Shown here in pieces: positions 37,701 to 46,352 of a stretch of 64,000 nt of DNA. The notes below the pieces were generated by a model. That model worked only from the letters and a program-made list of their open reading frames with translations, was not told the DNA's origin and made no database searches. The translations under genes and the position numbers were made by a program. This DNA comes from Flavobacterium sp. (GTDB taxonomy: Bacteria > Bacteroidota > Bacteroidia > Flavobacteriales > Flavobacteriaceae). Each line of letters starts with the position of its first letter. Within the stretch, counting starts at the first letter, position 1. The stretch spans positions 1,714-65,713 of the forward strand of contig JAUVAS010000006.1 of the NCBI GenBank assembly GCA_030591585.1, read 5' to 3'.

Positions 37701-38909
37701 ATGAAGCATTTCCTTTTTGTTATAATCACACTTTTTTTTATAAGTTGTACAAGTACTAAAACTGTGTATCACCTTCCTATACAAAAAGAAGAAGCACCTA
37801 AAAAACTAGTGGTTTTTATGGATGGGACGATGAACAATTCAAGTAGTTATACTAATGTTTCTAAACTCTACAACCTTACCATACTCCAAGATAGAGCTAA
37901 TGTAAATGCAACTTATGTTGTGGGAGTAGGTAATCGTGGTTTTGGGTTTATTACAGGAGTAGGTATTGGGATTACCGTTAGAGAAGCTTACTTGTTTTTA
38001 TCAAAAAATTACCGAGCAGAAAGAGGAGATAAGATTTTTATCTTCGGATTTAGTAGAGGAGCATATGCAGCAAGAATTTTGGCTGGATTTATTCATGTTG
38101 CAGGAATTACCGATTTGAGTGGTATTCCAAAAAATAAACAAGAGAATTATATTAAAAAAGTATATCAAGCTTATCGAGGGGACCAGACTATTTATAATAG
38201 AAGAAAAGATATTGCTTCTATTACTGGAAAAAAACCAACTTCAGTTAGTATTGAGTTTTTAGGATTATGGGATACGGTAGAAGCATTGGGGGTGCCTAAT
38301 TTTAAAGAAAATTATAACGTTACTAATAAAAAATATGTAGATCAGTTATGCAATATCAAAAGAGCGTCTCATGCCATGTCCATTAATGATGACCGTGCAA
38401 CCATTTTTACTCCAAAATTACTTACTGAAGAGTATTTAACTTCTAAATGTGAGAAACCTGTACATATAGATGAAGTGGTAAATGAGGTTTGGTTTGCGGG
38501 TGCACATTCAGATATTGGTGGTGGTTATAGCGATACGGAAGTAGATGCAGTTTCATTAAACTGGATGATTAAAGAGATAAAACCTTATGGGATTCTTCCA
38601 GAAGATTCCAACGTTTATGAAGACCCAAATGGTATAATTCACGACCCCGATAACGGATATTTTAAATTTCTATACAAACCAAATTTTAGAAATATTGCTT
38701 TATATCTTGAAAACAGCACTTATAATAATGGGAAACTTAAAATTTATCCAACCGTATTTGATAGATTAAAAAACCCAGATAATTTACCATTGGTAGAATA
38801 TGAATATAACTTACAAAATCAATTTCCAGCTTGTTTTGAAGCCCAAGAAAATGGAGGGTTTATTTATGTTGATAATAATAAATGTCCCTTAGAAATTTAT
38901 TCAGATTGA
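37701..38909 (+). CDS. Exported (probable lipoprotein) DUF2235-family alpha/beta hydrolase, Tle1-like
   Basis: Signal/lipobox-like LFFISC. LVVFMDGTMNN, IFIFGFSRGAYAAR (GxSxG nucleophile elbow), LGLWDTVEALG and GAHSDIGGGY are the hallmark DUF2235 blocks. Confidence 0.8.
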   Translation: MKHFLFVIITLFFISCTSTKTVYHLPIQKEEAPKKLVVFMDGTMNNSSSYTNVSKLYNLTILQDRANVNATYVVGVGNRGFGFITGVGIGITVREAYLFLSKNYRAERGDKIFIFGFSRGAYAARILAGFIHVAGITDLSGIPKNKQENYIKKVYQAYRGDQTIYNRRKDIASITGKKPTSVSIEFLGLWDTVEALGVPNFKENYNVTNKKYVDQLCNIKRASHAMSINDDRATIFTPKLLTEEYLTSKCEKPVHIDEVVNEVWFAGAHSDIGGGYSDTEVDAVSLNWMIKEIKPYGILPEDSNVYEDPNGIIHDPDNGYFKFLYKPNFRNIALYLENSTYNNGKLKIYPTVFDRLKNPDNLPLVEYEYNLQNQFPACFEAQENGGFIYVDNNKCPLEIYSD

Positions 38910-39000
38910 TAAATTTATATTTAATCTCATTTAACAAATCCTTAAGTTTTTTCAGAAAAGCCTATTGTACCTTTATAGCTTATACTAAAAAATAATTAAA

Positions 39001-41868
39001 ATGTTTAAACAATCACTAAAACTTTCATTGGTAACTCTTGTTGCCTTTTCATTATTTATGAGTTCATGTAAAGAATCTAGCACCGAATTTGCTAAAGAAG
39101 ACACCAAACTATCTATAGAGTTTGAAAAATACGAACTCGAAAACGGACTTGAAATCGTTCTTCATCAAGACAAAAGCGATCCAATAGTATCTTTAGCCAT
39201 TCAATATGGAGTAGGATCCAACAGAGAAAAAGTTGGAAGAACTGGATTTGCTCACCTATTTGAGCATATGTTATTTCAGGAATCTGAAAATGTTCCACAA
39301 GATCAATTCTTCAAAAAAATTCAAGATGTGGGAGGAACGTTAAACGGAGGAACTTGGAAAGACGGAACCATTTATTACGAAATTGTGCCAAATAATGCTC
39401 TTGAAACTGTACTATGGTTAGAGAGTGATCGTATGGGATTCTTGATTAATACAGTAACAGAATCTGCTTTTTACAATCAGCAAGAAGTGGTGCAGAACGA
39501 AAAAAGACAACGAGTAGATAACAATCCTTACGGGCATACCGGTTGGGTGATTGATAAAAATTTATATCCAGAAGGACATCCCTACAACTGGCAAGTGATT
39601 GGGGAGTTAGTAGATCTTCAGAACGCGACGGTGGAGGATGTAAAAGAATTTTACAATCAGTTTTATGGACCGAATAATGCGACTTTAGTATTGGCTGGTG
39701 ATTTTAATACGGAAGAAGCCAAAGCGTTAATCGAAAAGTATTTTGGTGAAATTAAACCAAAAGCAGAAGTAGCTAAATTAGAACCACAACCCGTTACACT
39801 TTCTGAAACGAAACGATTATTCCATGAAGATAATTTTGCTACAGCACCGCAGTTAAATATGGTGTGGCCTACACTTCAGCAATACACAGAGGACGCGTAT
39901 GCGTTAGATTTTTTAGCTGAAATTATTTCCAGCGGAAAAAAAGCACCCTTGTACAAAGTATTGGTAAAAGAAAAAGAGTTAACCTCTAGAACGACCGCTT
40001 ATAACTATTCGCAAGAATTGGCAGGTGCGTTTCGTATTATCATTACAGCAAATAATGGAGTAAATTTAAACGATGTTGAAAAAGGAATTTTTGAAGCCTT
40101 TGCAATGTTTGAAAAAGAAGGGGCAACCGATAGAGATATTGAAAGAATTAAAGCAGGATTAGAAACCAATTTTTATAATGGGATAGGAAGTGTTTTAGGA
40201 AAATCTTTTCAGTTAGCACAATACAATGTATTTGCGGGTGATCCAGGGTTTATTACTACCGATATCGAAAATATAAAAAAGGTAACTAAAGAAGACGTAA
40301 TGCGTGTGTACAACACCTATATAAAAGACAAGCATTATGTAATGACGAGCTTTGTTCCTAAAGGTGAACAGGCTTTAATTACCGATAATTCTACCAAAGC
40401 TCCGGTTGTGGAAGAGGAAATAAAAGACAATGTTGCTAAAACGGTAGAAGATTCAGGTGAGGAAATTGCTAAAACTCCTTCCATTTTTGATAGATCTGTT
40501 GATCCAGAACAGGGACCAACGCCAAAATTAAATATTCCAACTTCTTGGACAGTAACGTTGGATAACGGAATGAAAGTCTACGGAATTGAACAAAATGAAA
40601 TTCCAACAGTTAATTTTAGTTTGGTGATGGAAGGCGGACATTTATTAGACGATATGAATAATAATGGGGTGGCGAATTTAATGACAGATATAATGATGGA
40701 AGGAACCGTAAACAAAACACCTCAAGAATTAGAAGAAGAAATTGAGTTATTAGGAGCTAGTATTAATATGTACACAACTCAGGAATCGATTGTTATTAGA
40801 GGAAATACTTTGGTTAGAAATTTTGATAAGACAATGAAATTAGTTGAAGAGATTTTATTAGAACCTAGATGGGACGAAGAAGAATTTGCTCTTATTAAAA
40901 CAAAAACCATCAACGGAATTAAACGTTCTGATGCAAATCCTAATGTAGTGGCAAACAGAGTGTATAACAAAATATTATATGGTAAAGAACATATTTTCAG
41001 TTACCCAACAAGCGGTACGGTAGCTTCGGTTGAAGCGATTACTATAGACGATTTAAAAAACTTCTATGCTAAAAACTTCTCACCTTCAGTGAGTACAATG
41101 CATGTGGTTGGGGCAATTTCAGAAGCAGGAAGTTTAGCTATTTTGGCTTCCCTCGGAAAAAATTGGGAGGCGAAAGAAGTTGTCATTCCTACGTATCCAA
41201 TTTCAGATAGCAGAGATAAAGCTTCTTTGTATTTTGTAGATATTCCAGATGCTAAACAATCGGTGATTAAAATTGGGTATGTATCCTTGGCGAGAACCGA
41301 TAAAGATTTTTATCCTGCTGAAGTAATGAATTACAAACTGGGTGGTTCTTTTTCAGGAAATGTAAACCTAATTCTTCGTGAAGAAAAAGGATTTACCTAT
41401 GGCGCAAGAACTGGTTTTAGTGGTTCTAAAATTCCAGGAACTTTTACAGCTTCTTCTAGTGTGAGAACCAATACTACTGGAGAATCTGTTGCTATTTTTA
41501 AAGAACAGATTGCTGCCTATAAAAATGGAATAAGTGAAGAGAATCTAGAATTCACCAAAAACGCACTAATTAAATCGAATGCTCGCAGATTCGAAACACA
41601 ATTCGCCTTATTAGGAATGTTGCAAGAAATGAGCACTTACGATTTAGACCCAAATTATATTGAAGAAGAAGAAGCGATTGTAGGAGCAATGACCTTAGAA
41701 CAGCACAAAGCATTAGCTAATAAATATCTAGACGAATCTAAAATGGCCTATGTAGTAATTGGTGATGCAAAAACTCAATTCGCACAATTTAAAGATATGG
41801 GCTTTGATGAGGTAAAACTTATGAGCAAAGAAGGTGAAGAAGTGAAATTGGATGATGTGAAGATGTAG
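39001..41868 (+). CDS. M16-family zinc peptidase (two pitrilysin-like halves), probable lipoprotein
   Basis: Inverted zincin motif HLFEHMLFQ (HxxEH) and downstream E in NEKRQR. 955 aa with a second, non-catalytic M16 repeat. N-terminal FMSSC. Confidence 0.85.
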   Translation: MFKQSLKLSLVTLVAFSLFMSSCKESSTEFAKEDTKLSIEFEKYELENGLEIVLHQDKSDPIVSLAIQYGVGSNREKVGRTGFAHLFEHMLFQESENVPQDQFFKKIQDVGGTLNGGTWKDGTIYYEIVPNNALETVLWLESDRMGFLINTVTESAFYNQQEVVQNEKRQRVDNNPYGHTGWVIDKNLYPEGHPYNWQVIGELVDLQNATVEDVKEFYNQFYGPNNATLVLAGDFNTEEAKALIEKYFGEIKPKAEVAKLEPQPVTLSETKRLFHEDNFATAPQLNMVWPTLQQYTEDAYALDFLAEIISSGKKAPLYKVLVKEKELTSRTTAYNYSQELAGAFRIIITANNGVNLNDVEKGIFEAFAMFEKEGATDRDIERIKAGLETNFYNGIGSVLGKSFQLAQYNVFAGDPGFITTDIENIKKVTKEDVMRVYNTYIKDKHYVMTSFVPKGEQALITDNSTKAPVVEEEIKDNVAKTVEDSGEEIAKTPSIFDRSVDPEQGPTPKLNIPTSWTVTLDNGMKVYGIEQNEIPTVNFSLVMEGGHLLDDMNNNGVANLMTDIMMEGTVNKTPQELEEEIELLGASINMYTTQESIVIRGNTLVRNFDKTMKLVEEILLEPRWDEEEFALIKTKTINGIKRSDANPNVVANRVYNKILYGKEHIFSYPTSGTVASVEAITIDDLKNFYAKNFSPSVSTMHVVGAISEAGSLAILASLGKNWEAKEVVIPTYPISDSRDKASLYFVDIPDAKQSVIKIGYVSLARTDKDFYPAEVMNYKLGGSFSGNVNLILREEKGFTYGARTGFSGSKIPGTFTASSSVRTNTTGESVAIFKEQIAAYKNGISEENLEFTKNALIKSNARRFETQFALLGMLQEMSTYDLDPNYIEEEEAIVGAMTLEQHKALANKYLDESKMAYVVIGDAKTQFAQFKDMGFDEVKLMSKEGEEVKLDDVKM

Positions 41869-41876
41869 ATTGATCT

Positions 41877-41902
41877 CTCGCAAAGGCGCTAAGCCACAAA
41901 GA
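41877..41902 (+). repeat. Left copy of an inverted 26-bp REP-like pair
   Basis: ctcgcaaaggcgctaagccacaaaga, 9 nt after the M16 stop. 21 of 26 positions match the reverse complement of 45581-45606. Confidence 0.6.
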
Positions 41903-41910
41903 TTATTAAA

Positions 41911-41943
41911 CTCTATTTGCTTAAAACCAAATAGAGTTTTTTT
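41911..41943 (+). terminator. Rho-independent terminator of the M16 peptidase gene
   Basis: 9-bp stem ctctatttg/caaatagag, 8-nt loop, followed by a T7 run. Confidence 0.8.
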
Positions 41944-42131
41944 ATTAAAACAAGACTAATTTAGAATGTTGTTTGTCTAATAGTTAAAATCAAGTCTTTG
42001 ATCTTTTGTCTTTCAGCGGAGCGGTCTTTTATCTTTTTATAGGCAACAATATTTTTAAATTTATCAATCAAAGTGATTTTCCATAAAAAAAACACATATC
42101 TTTATTCTTAATTAACTAAAACAAAATTAAA

Positions 42132-42488
42132 ATGACAAAACCAAGAAATTGTATTACCGTACTCGAAGCAAAAGCACTACAAAAAAACTGGAACGACAAC
42201 CAAGCAAAAGATATAGAAAAAGCGATGGGCTCTAAAGATGTTTGTGCAGTAACATTTAATATAGACCAATTACAACAATTTATTGACTATGTAAAAAGTG
42301 AATCTACAAAGCAAAGCATTGATAACCCAGGGATACGAATATATTTTGCAGCTTATAATAGCGAAAAAGACAACAAAGCCACGGTTTTCTTAAACGCTAC
42401 CGAGAGTGATGATGGTAATTCTGCTAATAATTATGGGATTGATCCTTTGAATTTTGGAAATGGTGAATGGCCACCACATGCGTATTAA
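42132..42488 (+). CDS. Hypothetical 118-aa soluble protein (cassette copy 1, gene A)
   Basis: ATG-initiated ORF with no signal peptide and no family I recognise. Its last 40 or so codons are repeated at 43234-43362. Confidence 0.55.
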   Translation: MTKPRNCITVLEAKALQKNWNDNQAKDIEKAMGSKDVCAVTFNIDQLQQFIDYVKSESTKQSIDNPGIRIYFAAYNSEKDNKATVFLNATESDDGNSANNYGIDPLNFGNGEWPPHAY

Positions 42489-42490
42489 AA

Positions 42491-43222
42491 TTGGATTATT
42501 TATTTGATTATTTTATAAAGGTAATGCCAATTCTATTGTTTGAATTGCTTGCTGCTTTGGCTGGAACTTATTATTTAAGAAATAATGAAAACACAGAAAA
42601 AAACTATAAATATTTAGTTTATTTTTTATGGTTTACTTTTTTTAATGAAGTAATTGGTTCCTATGCTCCAATTGCATATTTCACTAAATATAAGTATTTT
42701 AGGTTTGTTGAAAATACAGTTTTTTATAATAATGTATGGCTTTATAATATTTACATATTAATAAGTATTAGCTTTTTTGTTATTTTTTTTAGAAGATATT
42801 TAAGTTCTATAAAATTAAAAAAAAATATTTTAGTTATTTTACTATTATATTTACTAATAAGTGTACTAAATTTTATATTTACAGATATATTTTTCACTAG
42901 CTATTCGGTTTTAGCAATTACGTTTGGTACGATATTGTTATTATTTACGATTATTTTATTTTATTTTGATTTGTTAAAAACCGATAAAGTTTTTAATATA
43001 AAATATTATTTGCCATTTTATATATCTATAGGAGCTTTAGTGTTTTATTTGTGTGTAGCTCCGTTATTTACATTTTCAAAATACTTTAATACTTTAAACG
43101 AATTGTATGTGAATCTGAGAACCAATATTATATTATTAGCTAGCATCATTATGTACACCACCTTCATCATTGGTTTTTTAGTTTGTTCAAGGAAAGATAT
43201 AAAAGAAGAAGTGTTAAATTAA
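42491..43222 (+). CDS. Seven-TM membrane protein (cassette copy 1, gene B)
   Basis: About seven hydrophobic helices. Start placed at TTG 42491, 2 nt after the upstream stop, by analogy with the paralog whose ORF starts at TTG 43365 in the same att-TTG-GAT-T context. ATG 42467 or 42524 are alternatives. Confidence 0.6.
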   Translation: MDYLFDYFIKVMPILLFELLAALAGTYYLRNNENTEKNYKYLVYFLWFTFFNEVIGSYAPIAYFTKYKYFRFVENTVFYNNVWLYNIYILISISFFVIFFRRYLSSIKLKKNILVILLLYLLISVLNFIFTDIFFTSYSVLAITFGTILLLFTIILFYFDLLKTDKVFNIKYYLPFYISIGALVFYLCVAPLFTFSKYFNTLNELYVNLRTNIILLASIIMYTTFIIGFLVCSRKDIKEEVLN

Positions 43223-43233
43223 ATTTTATAAAA

Positions 43234-43362
43234 ATGAAAAAAGATAACAAAGCCACCGTTTTCTTAAACGCTACAGAGAGTGATGATGGTAATTCTGCTA
43301 ATAATTATGGGGTTGATCCTTTGAATTTGGGTGGAGGACTTTGGCCACCTTATAATTATTAA
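43234..43362 (+). CDS. 42-codon ORF, a duplicated 3' fragment of the 118-aa gene (cassette copy 2, gene A remnant)
   Basis: MKKDNKATVFLNATESDDGNSANNYGVDPLNLGGGLWPPYNY. The 84 nt at 43246-43329 differ from 42372-42455 at 4 positions. It has its own ATG. Expression is unknown. Confidence 0.35.
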   Translation: MKKDNKATVFLNATESDDGNSANNYGVDPLNLGGGLWPPYNY

Positions 43363-43364
43363 TA

Positions 43365-44084
43365 TTGGATTCTATATTAAATTATTATTTGAGTGTATTA
43401 CCAATATATTTTTTAGAAATATTAGCAATTATTGCAGGGTTTTATTTTTTATTTAAAAGTAAAACAAATAGTTACAATAGGGGTTTAGTTTATTTTTTAC
43501 TTTTTACCGTTTTTGTGGAGTTAATAGCTTCTTATGCAATTATTGGTTATTTCTCAGAGTATAAATATTTTTCATTTGTGGAGGGTACTTTGTTTCAAAA
43601 AAACACTTGGATATATAATTGTTTTTTACTTTTTGAATTTATATTTTTCATATTATATTTTAGATATTATATAAAATCATATTATTGGAAAAGATTTTTA
43701 AAAATAGGCGTAATTATTTTTATAATTATATCAATATTAAACTTTTCACTAACAGATATATTTTTTAGAAGCTATTCACAAATAACTATTATCATTTGTA
43801 CATTATTGCTTGTAATAAAATAATTTAGAATTTATTTTGAACTATTAAATAGTGATGATATATTAAGTATTAAAAAATATTTACCTTTATATATCTCAAT
43901 TGGAATTTTAATATTTTATTTATGTTTTTCGCCTTTAAGTATTTTTTCAAATTATTATAATTCTGATAATAAGTTATTTATGAAAGTATTTTCGAGTGGG
44001 TTATTATTTGCAAGTATTTTCAAATATGTTTTTTTTTCAATTGGCTTTTTAGTTTGTTCAAAAAAAGAGAAAGAAAGATTTTAA
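43365..44084 (+). pseudogene. Paralog of the seven-TM protein interrupted by an in-frame TAA (cassette copy 2, gene B)
   Basis: The same frame continues through TAA at 43821-43823. Downstream FRIYFELLNSDDILSIKKYLPLYISIGILIFYLC...FLVCSKKEKERF aligns with the C-terminal third of the 42491-43222 product. Confidence 0.7.
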
Positions 44085-44126
44085 GTATTACTGTTAAAAA
44101 GAATATATTGTAGTCCTGTACTAGTA

Positions 44127-44930
44127 ATGATGATTCAAGAAAAAGAAAATTTAATCAACCAAGAAACAATCATATTGATTGTCTATGCAATTGCGGTAAT
44201 TTTTATATTGCTGTTTTTTGTGATAGGTTTTTTTATTGCCTTTCAAAAACGAAAAAACAAACTTTTATTAGAGCGTTTAGAGGCTAAGCAAAGGTTTGAA
44301 AAAGAACTATCAGCATCGCAATTAGAAATACAAGAACAAACTTTTAAAAATATTGCTTGGGAGCTGCATGACAATGTAGGGCAATTGCTTTCGGTGGTAA
44401 GTATGCAACTTAATATTATGTTGACCAAAGCGCCAGAAGCTCTTCAAGAACAAATAAAAGACACCAGAACAATAGTTTCAGACACGGTGCAGGAAGTAAG
44501 GAATCTTTCAAAAACGTTAAATAATGATGTGATTAATAAAAATGGTTTGGTACGCTCGCTTGAGATTGAAGTAGAACGGTTTAATAGACTAAATTATCTA
44601 GAGGCTACTTTTTTAATTGAAGGAGAACAGATTTATATTAAAAGTGAGCATGAAATATTAATTTTTAGAATGTATCAAGAGTTTTTATCTAATGTGATGA
44701 AGCACTCCAAAGCAACTAAATTAAACATAAAACTAGATTACAAAAAAGATAAATTAGAAATAATAGCGGAAGATGATGGTGTAGGTTTTGACACTTCAAA
44801 AAAGACCGAAAGTTCAGGATTACAAACCATCAAAGGAAGAGCAGAATTATTAAATGCAGAATATTCATTAACTTCAGAAATTGGAAAAGGCACAAAATTA
44901 ACCTTAACATATCCCTACCCAGATGAATAA
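44127..44930 (+). CDS. Sensor histidine kinase (HisKA_3/NarL-partner type) without an extracytoplasmic sensor domain
   Basis: A single N-terminal TM helix, coiled coil, H-box WELHDNVGQLLS, N-box FLSNVMKHS, G-boxes DDGVGFD and GLQTIKGRAELL. Confidence 0.85.
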   Translation: MMIQEKENLINQETIILIVYAIAVIFILLFFVIGFFIAFQKRKNKLLLERLEAKQRFEKELSASQLEIQEQTFKNIAWELHDNVGQLLSVVSMQLNIMLTKAPEALQEQIKDTRTIVSDTVQEVRNLSKTLNNDVINKNGLVRSLEIEVERFNRLNYLEATFLIEGEQIYIKSEHEILIFRMYQEFLSNVMKHSKATKLNIKLDYKKDKLEIIAEDDGVGFDTSKKTESSGLQTIKGRAELLNAEYSLTSEIGKGTKLTLTYPYPDE

Positions 44931-45576
44931 CAACAAGAAAGATTTTAATTTAGTGATTGTAGACGATCACTTATTGGTGGCAGATTCTTTAAAGAGTTTA
45001 ATCGAAATGTTTTCAGGGTATCATGTTTTATATCACGCCAAAAACGGTTTGGATTTACAACAAAAATTAAAGCAGGATACCTTGCCAGATGTAATTTTAC
45101 TAGACGTTAATATGCCAGTAATGAATGGCTACGAAACAATGGAGTGGCTAAATAAGGAGTATCCAGAAATTAAAGTGCTGGCATTGTCTATGAATGATGA
45201 TGAGCAAATGGTTTTAAAAATGTTAAGTAAAGGAGCTAATGGATATATGCTAAAAGATATTCATCCAGAAACCCTAAAAGTAGCTTTAAATGAAGTGATG
45301 GAAAAAGGATATTATCATTCAGATAAAGTAACCACTACCTTGTTAAATTCATTAAAACCAAAAGAAGAAAAACCTACCGTCAGATTAAACGATAAGGAAC
45401 AAACTTTTCTTCAATTTGCGTGTAGTGAATTAACCTATCAAGAAATAGCTAAAAAAATGTTTGTCAGTCCAAAAACAGTCGATAACTATCGTAATGAACT
45501 ATTTAAAAAGTTTGATGTAAAAAATAGGGTAGGGCTTGTTATTTATGGTTTGAAGAATAATTTGATTTCTATATAA
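44923..45576 (+). CDS. LuxR/NarL-family response regulator
   Basis: REC domain (LVIVDDH, VILLDVNMPVMNG, VLALS, GYMLK) plus HTH LTYQEIAKKMFVSPKTVDNYRNELFKKF. It overlaps the kinase gene by 8 nt. Confidence 0.9.
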   Translation: MNNNKKDFNLVIVDDHLLVADSLKSLIEMFSGYHVLYHAKNGLDLQQKLKQDTLPDVILLDVNMPVMNGYETMEWLNKEYPEIKVLALSMNDDEQMVLKMLSKGANGYMLKDIHPETLKVALNEVMEKGYYHSDKVTTTLLNSLKPKEEKPTVRLNDKEQTFLQFACSELTYQEIAKKMFVSPKTVDNYRNELFKKFDVKNRVGLVIYGLKNNLISI

Positions 45577-45580
45577 CTTC

Positions 45581-45606
45581 TCTTTGCGCCTTAGCATCTC
45601 TGCGAG
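45581..45606 (-). repeat. Right copy of the inverted 26-bp REP-like pair
   Basis: tctttgcgccttagcatctctgcgag, 5 nt after the regulator stop. Its reverse complement matches 41877-41902 at 21 of 26 positions. Confidence 0.6.
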
Positions 45607-45614
45607 CATATTTT

Positions 45615-46313
45615 TTAATTACAAGCCTCCCAAACAACATCACTAGGAGTTGGAGCGACCAAAGTAATATCTTCTTTCTTTACCGGATGAATAAAAGATA
45701 ATTTCCTTGAATGTAAATGGATTCCTCCATCTTTATTACTTCTGTCGAATCCATACTTTAAATCACCCTTTATCGGACATCCAATTGCAGTTAATTGCGA
45801 ACGAATTTGATGATGCCTTCCTGTTTTTAAATCGATTTCAAGTAAGGAATATCTGTCTAGTTTTTTAATTACTTGATAGTCCAAAATTGCTTTTTTACTA
45901 TCAGGAATTTCATTTTTATATGCGTATGATTTATTCTGTTTCGGGTTTCTTTTTAAATAATGAGTCAAGGTGTCTGAAGGCTTTGGAGGAGAATTCTTTA
46001 CTATTGCCCAATACGTTTTTTGTGTTTTCCGTTCAGAAAATAATTTATTTAGTCTTGACAGTGCTTTACTAGTTCTTGCAAAAACAACAATTCCGCTGGT
46101 AGGTCGATCTAGCCTATGTACCACTCCCAGATATACCGCTCCGGGTTTGTTGTATTTCTCAGAGATGTATTGTTTTACTACTTCAGAAAGAGGAATGTCA
46201 CCCGTTTTGTCACCTTGAACAATATCTCCTACGCGTTTGTTTACAGCGATGATATGGTTATCCTCATACAGTACCTGTAAGTTTTCTTTGTTTGATATTA
46301 TTTTTGAGGACAA
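45615..46313 (-). CDS. RluA-family pseudouridine synthase
   Basis: Catalytic block HRLDRPTSG, then KTYWAIV and GRHHQIR. Confidence 0.9.
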   Translation of the reverse strand: MSSKIISNKENLQVLYEDNHIIAVNKRVGDIVQGDKTGDIPLSEVVKQYISEKYNKPGAVYLGVVHRLDRPTSGIVVFARTSKALSRLNKLFSERKTQKTYWAIVKNSPPKPSDTLTHYLKRNPKQNKSYAYKNEIPDSKKAILDYQVIKKLDRYSLLEIDLKTGRHHQIRSQLTAIGCPIKGDLKYGFDRSNKDGGIHLHSRKLSFIHPVKKEDITLVAPTPSDVVWEACN

Positions 46314-46352
46314 TTTTATTATGATTGAGTTTTTATTTTTGTTTACAGCCTA

